From an uncultured bacterium (GTDB lineage Bacteria; Krumholzibacteriota; Krumholzibacteriia; Krumholzibacteriales; Krumholzibacteriaceae): a stretch of DNA of 36,438 bases. Positions 8,674 through 17,244 of the stretch are shown here, one piece after another (position 1 is the stretch's first letter; every line of letters begins with the position of its first letter). Position numbers and translations under genes: made by a program. The DNA lies in contig CBDUYR010000025.1 of the NCBI GenBank assembly GCA_965371515.1, positions 1-36,438 of the forward strand, read 5' to 3'. The notes under the pieces are model-generated. The model saw only the letters and a list, made by a program, of their open reading frames with translations. It was not told where the DNA came from and did no database searches.

Positions 8674-11600
8674 TTATATCACCTCCACAGCGTCGAAATT
8701 GCAGACTTCGTAACAGATACCGCACTTGATGCATTTCCCGGGATCGATCACGTGGATCTCTTTTTTCTCCCCGGTAATTGCGTCAACGGGGCAGTTCTTG
8801 AAGCAGAGCGTGCATCCCGTGCAGTTGTCCGCGCTGATTGTGTACTCGATCAGCGCCTTGCACACCCCGGCGCGGCATTCCTTTTTCTTTATGTGTTCCT
8901 CGTATTCCTCGCGGAAGTAGTTGATAGTGCTCATCACCGGATTGGGCGCCGAACCTCCAAGCTGGCAGAGGCTCGTGTCCTGCACTGTAGCGCAGAGTTC
9001 CTCGAGCCGCTCGATGTCTCCGGCCCGGCCCTCTCCCTTGCAGAGACGATTCAGGATGTTGCTCATCAGGTGGAGCCCCTCGCGGCAGGCGGTGCACTTC
9101 CCGCACGACTCGTCCATGAGGAAGTCGATGAAGTAGCGTGCGACGTCGACCATGCATGTGTGATCGTCCATGACGATCATTCCGCCCGATCCCATCATCG
9201 AGCCGGCCTCAGTGAGTGAGTCGAAGTCGACCTTCATGTCGAGCTTCGCAGCCGGCAGGCATCCGCCCGACGGCCCGCCGGTCTGGACGGCCTTGAACTC
9301 CCGTCCTTCGGGGATGCCGCCGCCGACCTCCTCGATGATCTCTCGGAGCGTTATACCCATCGGGACCTCCACGAGACCGGTGTTGCGGACGTCGCCGACG
9401 AGTGAGAATACCTTCGTGCCCGAAGAGCCGTTCCACGGATTCTCGCTTACGTCGCCTGTGCCGATAGATGCGAACCACTTCGCGCCCTTCGATATGATCT
9501 CGGGGATGTTCGCCCAGGTCTCGACGTTGTTGAGCACGGTCGGCTTGTCGCGGAACCCATACTCGACACTGTGCACGTACTTCGCGCGCGGTTCGCCGGG
9601 CTTTCCGGCCATCGAGGCCATCAGTGCGCTCGATTCTCCGCAGACGAACGCGCCCGCGCCGCGGTGCACGTGAATGTCGAATGAGAACCCGCTGCCGAGG
9701 ATGTCGTCGCCGAGCAGTCCGTACTCGCGGGCCTGGTCGATCGCCTTGGCCAGCCTCGTCTGCGCGAGCGGGTATTCCTTTCTGATGTATATGTAGCCCT
9801 CGCTGGAACCGACGGCGCGAGCGCCGATGATCATTCCCTCGATCACCGAATGGGGGTCGGTCTCGATGATCGAGCGGTCCATGAAGGCGCCGGGGTCGCC
9901 CTCGTCGGCGTTGCAGACTACGAAGATCTCCTCCTCGCGCTCCTGCGCGGCCTTCCAGCCTGATCTCCATTTCACGCCGGCGGGGAAACCTCCGCCTCCG
10001 CGCCCGCGGAGACCAGAGGCAATCACCTCGTCGATGATATCTTCCTGTTTCATTCCGCCGAGGACCTTGCGGAGCGCGTCATATCCGCCGCGCGCGATAT
10101 AGTGGTCTATGTTCTCCGGGTCGATGATTCCCTTGTTGCGCAGCGCGATGAGCTGCTGCTTGCTGAAGAAGGGGATGTCGCCCATCTTCTCGTTGATCTC
10201 ACCCGAGACCGGGTTTTTATAGAGGAGGCGTTCTATCGTCTCGCCGCTATCGAGTGAGGCGACGATCTCGTCGAGGTCCTTCTCCTTTACCTTCTGGTAG
10301 AATATTCCATCGGGTTGGACGACGATAATCGGGCCTGAGGCGCAGAAGCCGTTGCAACCGGTCGCGACCACGGCGTATTCGGAAGAGACTCCCTTCTCCG
10401 AGAGAGCCTTCACTAGCCCGTCGCGGATGTCGAAGCCCTTGGCCGCAACGCAGCCCGTGCCGGTGCATACCATCAGCATCTTCTTGAAACCGGCATCTTT
10501 TTCTTTCTGTGCGGATGCGATCTTCTCGAGATCGGCCGGAGCGATCTTCGCAGCGCCGTCCTTCGCGATCTCCGCAGCAGCCTCTTTTTTCTTCGCACCG
10601 CCGCTCTTCGCCTGCTTCAGGAGCTTCTCGACGTCCTTCGACTGGACGTTGCCAAATACCTCCTCGCCGATCTTCACTACCGGCGCTATCGAGCAGGCGC
10701 CGAGGCAGGCGACTGCCTCGAGCGAGTATCTGTTGTCGTCTGTAGTCCCTCCGGTGTCGACTCCGAGAACCCTCTCGAACGAGTCGAGGATCTTTGCTGA
10801 GCCCTTGACGTGGCAGGCGGTCCCCACGCAGACCTGAATGACCGTCTCGCCCTTTGGCTCGAGGGAGAAGGTCTTATAGAAGGTCGCGATGTGGTAGAGA
10901 TGTGACTTCGGCTTGCCCGTCTTGCGGTTGATCTCGTCGATCGCAGTCCTGGAGATGTGGCGGAAACGATCCTGGATGTCCTGCATCATCTCGATGACAT
11001 ATTCGGGATCACAGTTCCACCTCTCTATGATCTCGTGGAGTTCCACGATCTCGCCCTTGCACTGGATCGAGATCTTCTTCGGGGTGATCATCTTCGCGAC
11101 CTTGTTCTCCTCGATCTTCCACGCGGGAGTGACCTGGTTGTTTTTTATGACCACTGCCTTGATCTTCTTGTCGCGGAAGACGGTGCCGATTCCGCCGCGC
11201 CCGGCCTGCTTGAGCCGCGCCGCACCACGCCGCCAGTCCCAGAAGGAGAAATTGAGGATGCCCATCCTCGTATGCTCCGCGCCGCGTCCGGCCGATACGC
11301 ACGCGATGTTCCGGAGGTCGAGTTCGTCGTCGGCGTACATCTCGGCTAGCTCTTCGGCGATGAGGTGCGAGTCGACGCTCTCCAGGGGTGCCTTCTCGAT
11401 AGTCACATTTCCCGCGACTGCGTCGATCAGGACTATAACGTCCTCATCTGCCTTGCCGATTACCATCATCGCGTCGAAACCGGAGAACTTGAGGTACGGC
11501 CCGAAGAATCCACCGACGTTGCAGTCCATGATCGAACTGGTCAAAGGGGATATCGCCGTGGCGATCGTCTTGCCCGAGCCGGGGAAGGAGACTGTGCCGC

Positions 11601-11880
11601 CGAGAGGGCCGGATGAGAAACAGATCGGATTATTCGGGCTGTTCCACTTCGTGTCTTTGTCGATCTCCCCGAACGTCATCCAGAGATCGAAGCCTTTCCC
11701 GCCGGTCCAGAGTCTCTTCATCTCGTCATCTATGGGGTGGATCGAGATCTCTCCAGTACCAACGTCGATTCGCAGCCAGCGGTTCGCGTAGCCCTTGTCC
11801 AGGGGCACGACCTCGAAGTCGAAACGGGTGACGACTTCGCGCGCCCCCTTCATTTCAGCGATACGATCATGTGAAGACAT
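8674..11880 (-). CDS. Fusion: AOR/WOR N-terminal domain + HydC/NuoE + thioredoxin-like [2Fe-2S] + HydB/NuoF + 2x[4Fe-4S]
   Basis: aa 1-245 AOR_N (GPLGG, SPLT, GGFFGPYLKFSGFD, GRGGIGTVFRDKKIKAV); NuoE (ATFY, CVGTACHVKG, CLGAC); CTGTGC...GCNGFC; NuoF (GRGGGGFP, CNADEGDPG, CGKCTACREG); two CxxCxxCxxxC motifs. GGAGG SD. Confidence 0.92.
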   Translation of the reverse strand: MSSHDRIAEMKGAREVVTRFDFEVVPLDKGYANRWLRIDVGTGEISIHPIDDEMKRLWTGGKGFDLWMTFGEIDKDTKWNSPNNPICFSSGPLGGTVSFPGSGKTIATAISPLTSSIMDCNVGGFFGPYLKFSGFDAMMVIGKADEDVIVLIDAVAGNVTIEKAPLESVDSHLIAEELAEMYADDELDLRNIACVSAGRGAEHTRMGILNFSFWDWRRGAARLKQAGRGGIGTVFRDKKIKAVVIKNNQVTPAWKIEENKVAKMITPKKISIQCKGEIVELHEIIERWNCDPEYVIEMMQDIQDRFRHISRTAIDEINRKTGKPKSHLYHIATFYKTFSLEPKGETVIQVCVGTACHVKGSAKILDSFERVLGVDTGGTTDDNRYSLEAVACLGACSIAPVVKIGEEVFGNVQSKDVEKLLKQAKSGGAKKKEAAAEIAKDGAAKIAPADLEKIASAQKEKDAGFKKMLMVCTGTGCVAAKGFDIRDGLVKALSEKGVSSEYAVVATGCNGFCASGPIIVVQPDGIFYQKVKEKDLDEIVASLDSGETIERLLYKNPVSGEINEKMGDIPFFSKQQLIALRNKGIIDPENIDHYIARGGYDALRKVLGGMKQEDIIDEVIASGLRGRGGGGFPAGVKWRSGWKAAQEREEEIFVVCNADEGDPGAFMDRSIIETDPHSVIEGMIIGARAVGSSEGYIYIRKEYPLAQTRLAKAIDQAREYGLLGDDILGSGFSFDIHVHRGAGAFVCGESSALMASMAGKPGEPRAKYVHSVEYGFRDKPTVLNNVETWANIPEIISKGAKWFASIGTGDVSENPWNGSSGTKVFSLVGDVRNTGLVEVPMGITLREIIEEVGGGIPEGREFKAVQTGGPSGGCLPAAKLDMKVDFDSLTEAGSMMGSGGMIVMDDHTCMVDVARYFIDFLMDESCGKCTACREGLHLMSNILNRLCKGEGRAGDIERLEELCATVQDTSLCQLGGSAPNPVMSTINYFREEYEEHIKKKECRAGVCKALIEYTISADNCTGCTLCFKNCPVDAITGEKKEIHVIDPGKCIKCGICYEVCNFDAVEVI

Positions 11881-11994
11881 TCCGTGAGGCCTCCTTCGTT
11901 TTATCGATTGCAGAGATAGTAAGGGGTAAGAATATACACACTTTGGATTCAGATATGAAGCATAAATTATTTTATGAAAGGATATTACGGCAAC

Positions 11995-12018
11995 CGATAT
12001 GCATCGCCGTACATATCC
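11995..12018. promoter_or_regulatory. Candidate ModE-family operator
   Basis: CGATATGC-N8-ACATATCC, with inverted GATATG/CATATC, resembles the ModE-type CGnTATR-N-YATAnCG box and abuts the wtpA -35. Confidence 0.6.
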
Positions 12019-12019
12019 A

Positions 12020-12047
12020 TTGACAACCCGTTGTTATTTGATATTTT
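12020..12047 (+). promoter_or_regulatory. Candidate sigma70 promoter of the wtp/mod/moa operon
   Basis: TTGACA (12020-25), 16 bp, then TATTTT (12042-47) preceded by TGn. Confidence 0.6.
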
Positions 12048-12089
12048 GCAGTATCAGGAGGGAATTTTATTACCTGGAGGAACGATTGG

Positions 12090-13076
12090 ATGAGGGTTCG
12101 TGTACTGACATTACTGGTGGCAGCTGTGATCCTTTCCGGCTCGCTTTTCATGCTGTCACGCGGTGGTGAGGAAAAGCCGGAGAAAAGTGCCGGGCAGAAA
12201 CTGATCGTATTTCACGCGGGCAGCCTGTCGGTGCCGTTCAGGAAGATCTCCAGGATGTTCATGAGGGATCATCCCAACGTTACCATCCTGCTCGAAGCGG
12301 CGGGAAGCAGGTCATGCGCGAGGAAGATCTCCGACCTCGGCAGGGAATGCGACGTGATGGCGTCTGCAGACTACACGGTGATCGACGCGCTCCTCATCCC
12401 GGACCATGCATCCTGGAACATCAAGTTTGCCAGCAACGAGATGGCGATTGTATACACGGAAGATTCGAAGCGGCACGGGGAGATCGACGCGGGGAACTGG
12501 CACGAGGTGCTTCTCGACCCGGACGTCGCCTTCGGGCGTTCCGATCCCGACACAGATCCGTGCGGATACAGGGCCGTCCTGACGATGAAGCTCGCGGAGA
12601 AATATTACAGCGAAAGCGGCCTGGCCGGTCGCCTGCTCGAGAAAGACAACCGTTTCATCAGGCCGAAGGAGACCGATCTTCTCGCCCTGCTCGAGACGGG
12701 CACGATAGATTACATCTTTCTCTACCGCTCGGTGGCTCAGCAACACGGGCTCGAGTTCCTTGTCCTGCCCGACGAGATTAATCTCAAGAATCCCGGATTC
12801 ACAGATATGTACGGAGCTGTAGGTGTCGAGATCTCGGGGAAGAAGCCCGGAGAAAAGATGGTGAAGCGCGGCGCTCCTATGGTCTACGGGATCACGATCC
12901 CCTCGAACTCGCCGAGCGCGGAGCTCGCGCAGCATTTCATAGATTTTATCCTCGATGCTGACCTAGGGATGAAGGTGATGGAGGAGGCCGGGCAGCCTTC
13001 CATGGTTCCATCATCCTCGGAGACTTACGAGGCGATCCCTGCCGCATTGAAAAAATACGCGAAGCCGGCTTTATAG
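12090..13076 (+). CDS. wtpA: Tungstate ABC transporter substrate-binding protein
   Basis: FHAGSL, EAAGS, SADY, DPCGYR, RPKETDL and YRSVA motifs of the WtpA family; GGAGG SD. Confidence 0.9.
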   Translation: MRVRVLTLLVAAVILSGSLFMLSRGGEEKPEKSAGQKLIVFHAGSLSVPFRKISRMFMRDHPNVTILLEAAGSRSCARKISDLGRECDVMASADYTVIDALLIPDHASWNIKFASNEMAIVYTEDSKRHGEIDAGNWHEVLLDPDVAFGRSDPDTDPCGYRAVLTMKLAEKYYSESGLAGRLLEKDNRFIRPKETDLLALLETGTIDYIFLYRSVAQQHGLEFLVLPDEINLKNPGFTDMYGAVGVEISGKKPGEKMVKRGAPMVYGITIPSNSPSAELAQHFIDFILDADLGMKVMEEAGQPSMVPSSSETYEAIPAALKKYAKPAL

Positions 13077-13106
13077 AGCCGGGGTGTCTACAGTGAAGGA
13101 ACGGTA

Positions 13107-13901
13107 TTGAGTATCTCCCGTATCGAACCGATGCATCTCGTCTTCGCGGCGCTCGGAGGAGTATTGCTCCTCTTCATAGTCGCGCCGCTGGCGGGGATGT
13201 TTCTCAACGTCGGCAAGGAGGAACTGTCCGAGGCAGCCGCCGATCCGGAGGTGACTTCGAGCATCTGGCTGACACTGGGCGCCTCGATGACGGCCACACT
13301 CATCGTCTCGCTGTCTGCCGTTCCCTTCGCCTGGATCCTGGCGAGAAAGGAATTCCCGTTCAAGAGACTGGTCAACGGCATTGTCGATCTTCCGATAGTC
13401 ATACCGCATTCGGCGGCGGGGATAGCCCTGCTCGGAGTGCTCGCGCCGGGAACCCCGGTCGGTTCGCTCGGTGAGAGACTCGGGATTTCCTTCATCGGCG
13501 GAGTCGCGGGAATAATGGCCGCGATGGCTTTTGTCTCCGTTCCCTTCCTCGTCAACGCCGCCAGGGATGGATTCGCCGCCGTGCCTGTACGGCTCGAGCA
13601 GGCCGCGCTCAACCTGGGCGCGTCTCCGCTGAGGGTGTTTCTCACCGTCTCGATGCCGATGGCGTGGAGGTCGATCATCTCCGGCCTCGTTCTGATGTGG
13701 GCGAGGGGTATGAGCGAGTTCGGCGCTGTGCTGATCATCGCCTACCACCCGATGATCACTCCCGTACTGATCTACGAGCGCTTTGGCGCTTTCGGACTGA
13801 AATACGCGAGGCCGGTGACGGTCCTCTTCGTCGCCGTTTGTCTCGTCTTCTTCATAGCGCTGAGGATGATAGCAGGGAGGCGGAGCAATGCCGAAGTGTG
13901 A
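13107..13901 (+). CDS. wtpB: Tungstate ABC transporter permease
   Basis: DLPIVIPHSAAGIAL, LEQAALNLGAS (EAA loop), WARGMSEFGA. Start is uncertain (TTG 13107 or ATG 13131). Confidence 0.9.
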   Translation: MSISRIEPMHLVFAALGGVLLLFIVAPLAGMFLNVGKEELSEAAADPEVTSSIWLTLGASMTATLIVSLSAVPFAWILARKEFPFKRLVNGIVDLPIVIPHSAAGIALLGVLAPGTPVGSLGERLGISFIGGVAGIMAAMAFVSVPFLVNAARDGFAAVPVRLEQAALNLGASPLRVFLTVSMPMAWRSIISGLVLMWARGMSEFGAVLIIAYHPMITPVLIYERFGAFGLKYARPVTVLFVAVCLVFFIALRMIAGRRSNAEV

Positions 13902-14982
13902 GAAGATCAGATGTGCCGCCATGCTGGAGGTCGATGGGCTTGCGAAGAGACTCGGGGAGTTTTCGATCTCGGATGTCTCGTTTACTATCGACGAAGGGGA
14001 ATACTTCGTTCTTCTCGGCGCTTCGGGCACGGGGAAGACGGTCCTCCTGGAGACGTTGACAGGCGTTATCCAGCCCGATTCGGGGCGTGTTGTTCTTGCC
14101 GGGCGCGACATCACCCGCGAGAGGATGCAGCGCAGGAAACTCGGGATGGTCTTCCAGGACCAGGCACTCTTTCCCCACATGTCGGTGAGAAGGAACATCG
14201 CCTACGGGCCGGCCTCCTCGGGGATGAAACGCTTCGATATCGAGAAACTCGTCGAATCGCTCGCGTTCGAGACGGGCATCGGCCATCTGCTCGACCGCAG
14301 CCCGGCGACACTTTCCGGCGGCGAGGCGCAGAGGTCCGCACTCGCGCGCGCCCTGGCCGTGGATCCCGACTGCCTTCTGCTCGACGAGCCGTTGTCTTCG
14401 CTCGATTCGGGGGCGAGGATCGAGATTCGCATGCTCCTCAAAAAGCTCAACCGCGGCGGGATGACGATGCTCCACGTTACGCACGATTATGAAGAAGCGG
14501 TGGCCCTGGCCACGAAGATCGGCATCATGGAGAACGGAACGGTGGTTCAGGTAGACACGCCGCAGCGTATTCTCACCCACCCCGGTTCAGAGTTTGTCGC
14601 GAGGTTCGTCGGGATCAGGAATGTGTACAGAGGCCGGCTTCGAAGGGAATCGGACGGAACGGCCGTATTCGAGTCAGATGCTGATGTCCCGTTCCGACTC
14701 GAGACATTGTGCGAGGCCAGTGAGGGCGAGGCGACCGCCATAGTGAGGAGCGAGGACGTTACACTGTCGGCATATCGTCCCGACACGAGTGCGAGAAATC
14801 TGTTCGAAGGAACGGTCAGCGAGATAGTTCCCGCAAGAAGGGGAGCTGAGGTTACCATCGACGCCGGTGCGGCGATAGTCGCGATGGTTACCGAGCGGTC
14901 GGTGGAATCTCTCGGCCTCGAGAGGGGGAGCAGGGTCTTCGCCTCTATCAAGGCGAGCGCTGTGAAGATAATCGAAGGATGA
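13888..14982 (+). CDS. wtpC: Tungstate ABC transporter ATPase with C-terminal TOBE domain
   Basis: GASGTGKT, LSGGE, LLLDEP, HVTH; C-terminal SARN...IKAS TOBE. Alternative start 13921. Confidence 0.9.
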   Translation: MPKCEKIRCAAMLEVDGLAKRLGEFSISDVSFTIDEGEYFVLLGASGTGKTVLLETLTGVIQPDSGRVVLAGRDITRERMQRRKLGMVFQDQALFPHMSVRRNIAYGPASSGMKRFDIEKLVESLAFETGIGHLLDRSPATLSGGEAQRSALARALAVDPDCLLLDEPLSSLDSGARIEIRMLLKKLNRGGMTMLHVTHDYEEAVALATKIGIMENGTVVQVDTPQRILTHPGSEFVARFVGIRNVYRGRLRRESDGTAVFESDADVPFRLETLCEASEGEATAIVRSEDVTLSAYRPDTSARNLFEGTVSEIVPARRGAEVTIDAGAAIVAMVTERSVESLGLERGSRVFASIKASAVKIIEG

Positions 14983-14986
14983 TGCG

Positions 14987-15370
14987 ATGAAGAAGAAATC
15001 AGGTGCGGTGAATCCTGGGATCAGGCTCTATCTCTACGACGGTGGGAGCGAGGGGCTGTTCGGCGACGGCAAATGGCGCCTGCTCAAGTCGGTAGATGAA
15101 GAAGGATCGATCAGAAAAGCGGCCGAAAAACTGGGCAGAGGATACCGTAAGGCCTGGGGCGACATCAAGAGGACCGAGAGCGCCCTCGGCCGTAAAATTG
15201 TCAGAAAGACGAGGGGAGGGCCGACAGGCGGTGCGACCGAGCTCACCGAGTTCGGCAGGGAACTGCTCAAAGGATGGCAGAAGTACAGGGAGGCCGTCAT
15301 GAAGGGGATGGACGGAGCGTTCGAGCTATATCTCTCCGGCCTTCTCGAAAGGAGCGAAGATGAACACTGA
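14987..15370 (+). CDS. modE: ModE-family winged-helix regulator (DNA-binding domain only)
   Basis: FGDGKWRLL...GSIRKAA..LG.GYRKAW...RGGPTGGATELTEFG; no TOBE domain. Confidence 0.85.
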   Translation: MKKKSGAVNPGIRLYLYDGGSEGLFGDGKWRLLKSVDEEGSIRKAAEKLGRGYRKAWGDIKRTESALGRKIVRKTRGGPTGGATELTEFGRELLKGWQKYREAVMKGMDGAFELYLSGLLERSEDEH

Positions 15371-15548
15371 AGAGTTCGGAAAGATCATAGAAGAATCGTC
15401 GATCGAACAGGACGGCAGGAAGAGTCTGCCCTGCGCGAAGGCCTTCGAGTTGTCCGAAAGATACAGTATTCCGCTGAAGGATATCGGCGCTTACTGCAGC
15501 GACAACGGGATCAGGATAAGTATGTGCCAGCTCGGCTGCTTCGAGTGA
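15360..15548 (+). CDS. Small Cys-containing protein (LPC..AF...CQLGCF type)
   Basis: 62 aa, four Cys, AGGAG SD, overlaps the modE stop. Confidence 0.8.
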   Translation: MNTEEFGKIIEESSIEQDGRKSLPCAKAFELSERYSIPLKDIGAYCSDNGIRISMCQLGCFE

Positions 15549-15560
15549 GACTGACAGCGG

Positions 15561-16001
15561 ATGAAGACTATCGTCATATCGGGAGCGAGATCGAACATCG
15601 GCAAGACGACGCTGGCGGAGAAGATCCGCCAGTTGCTTCCCGGAAGTGTGCGCATAAAGCTCGGGCATGGGGAACTGAAAGAAGATATGGATGATGTTTT
15701 CTATGATGCAGGGACCCCATATGAGCGGATAAAAGAGGAAAATCCGCAAGCGGATTTTCTGATTATAGAGAGCAACAGGATACTGGAGGAGATCGAGCCC
15801 GACCTGGCGATCTATCTGCCCGCCGACGAGCCGAAGCCCTCCGCGGCGCTTGCAGAGGCGAAAGCCGATCTGATCAGGGGATGTGAGGGTGGATCCGACG
15901 CGGCGGAGCATGTTGCCGGGAAACTCGGGATAGATGAACGGGCCGCCGCAGAGATCGTAAGACTGGTATGCATGACCGGCGAGACGGAAGATGGATCATG
16001 A
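15561..16001 (+). CDS. Small P-loop NTPase, MobB-like
   Basis: IVISGARSNIGKTT Walker A and LIIESN; located in a pterin cofactor operon. Confidence 0.7.
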   Translation: MKTIVISGARSNIGKTTLAEKIRQLLPGSVRIKLGHGELKEDMDDVFYDAGTPYERIKEENPQADFLIIESNRILEEIEPDLAIYLPADEPKPSAALAEAKADLIRGCEGGSDAAEHVAGKLGIDERAAAEIVRLVCMTGETEDGS

Positions 16002-17242
16002 AAAAGAGTAATGGGAAAAAGGATTTCGGCCGCAGGAAACTAATGCCGTTCGACGATGTGATGGACATAATACTGGGTTCGGCGCGCCTGCTTGGCAGTG
16101 AAGAGGTGGACCTCACCGATGCGGCGGGCAGAGTGCTCGTCTCCGATATCGTCTCCGACATCGACATGCCGCCGTTCGACAAGTCGGCTATGGACGGCTT
16201 CGCCTGCAGGAGAGCTGATCTCGATCGCCCGTTGAGGATCGTCGAGACGGTTGCGGCAGGCCGGATTCCGGAAAAGAAGATCGGCGAGGGCGAATGCGCG
16301 AGGATCATGACTGGTGCGGCTGTGCCCGGTGGGGCGGACACAGTCGTCATGGTCGAGGACACCGGGGAAAAAGACGGTATCGTCACGGTGGTACGCCGCA
16401 GTGGCAGCAGTAACATATGCCTTCTCGGCGAGGATCTTCGCGAGGGGGATACGGTCCTGAAAAAGGGATCTCTGATCCGTTCTTCGGAGATTGCAGTCCT
16501 CGCAGCGACGGGCAGCGCGAAGGCGCCGGTCGCGGTCAGGCCCACTCTCGGGGTCGCTGTCACAGGCGACGAGCTTGCCGAACCGGGCCAGCCGCTGAAC
16601 GCGGGGATGATACGGAACTCTAACGGACCGCAGTTGATGGCGCAGGCGGCTGAAACCGGTCTGCCGGCGAAGTATCTCGGCATCGTACCCGACGATCCCG
16701 GCGCCGTTCCGGAGTTGATCGAACGCACCTCTGGAGAGATAGACGTATACATATTTTCCGGCGGTGTATCGATGGGCGACTATGATTTTGTTCCCGGAGG
16801 ACTGGAGGAGGCAGGATTCGAGCTGCTTGTGCATGGAGCGGCGATAAAGCCGGGTCGCCCCCTTCTCTTCGGCAGGCGCGATGACGCCTGGGTGTTCGGG
16901 CTTCCGGGAAATCCCGTTTCGGTGTTTGTTCTCTTCGAGATGATCGTCAAACCGTTCTGTTTCCGATTGATGGGTCACGATTACAGGCCGCTGGAAGTCG
17001 CGGCGCGTCTCGAGAGGGATTTCACGAGAAAGGATGCTGTACGGACTGCGCATGTGCCGGTACGGCTGACGCCCGACGGATGGGTCCGATTCATCGAGTA
17101 TCACGGTTCGGCACACATCCATGCCTACACACGGGCGGACGGGATACTTCGCATACCTGCGGGCGTCGAGTCACTGAAGAAGGGCGAGGAGGTCAGGATC
17201 GTCGTTCCTGGACCGCCGCGTCTCACGGATGGAATGAGATAG
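15998..17242 (+). CDS. moeA: Molybdopterin Mo/W insertase
   Basis: PPFDKSAMDGFA, RIMTGA, TGDEL, SGGVSMGDYD, IKPGRP, GLPGNPVS; ATGA coupling at 15998. Confidence 0.95.
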   Translation: MKKSNGKKDFGRRKLMPFDDVMDIILGSARLLGSEEVDLTDAAGRVLVSDIVSDIDMPPFDKSAMDGFACRRADLDRPLRIVETVAAGRIPEKKIGEGECARIMTGAAVPGGADTVVMVEDTGEKDGIVTVVRRSGSSNICLLGEDLREGDTVLKKGSLIRSSEIAVLAATGSAKAPVAVRPTLGVAVTGDELAEPGQPLNAGMIRNSNGPQLMAQAAETGLPAKYLGIVPDDPGAVPELIERTSGEIDVYIFSGGVSMGDYDFVPGGLEEAGFELLVHGAAIKPGRPLLFGRRDDAWVFGLPGNPVSVFVLFEMIVKPFCFRLMGHDYRPLEVAARLERDFTRKDAVRTAHVPVRLTPDGWVRFIEYHGSAHIHAYTRADGILRIPAGVESLKKGEEVRIVVPGPPRLTDGMR

Positions 17243-17244
17243 TG

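Noticed and set aside
8100..11050. Respiratory complex I nuoEFG or an [FeFe]-hydrogenase
   Set aside because: No membrane nuo genes and no H-cluster motifs; the domains are fused to AOR halves.
7024..11831. Long alternative-frame ORFs (e.g. 7522-9219, 7172-8248, 10913-11791) and similar ones elsewhere (16040-17122, 29244-30362)
   Set aside because: They are shadows of well-supported genes in GC-rich DNA, with no motifs or convincing starts.
6676..11880. AOR pseudogene disrupted by an insertion
   Set aside because: Both junctions are in frame, both ORFs are intact with SD sequences and metal ligands, and cofactor and uptake genes are adjacent.
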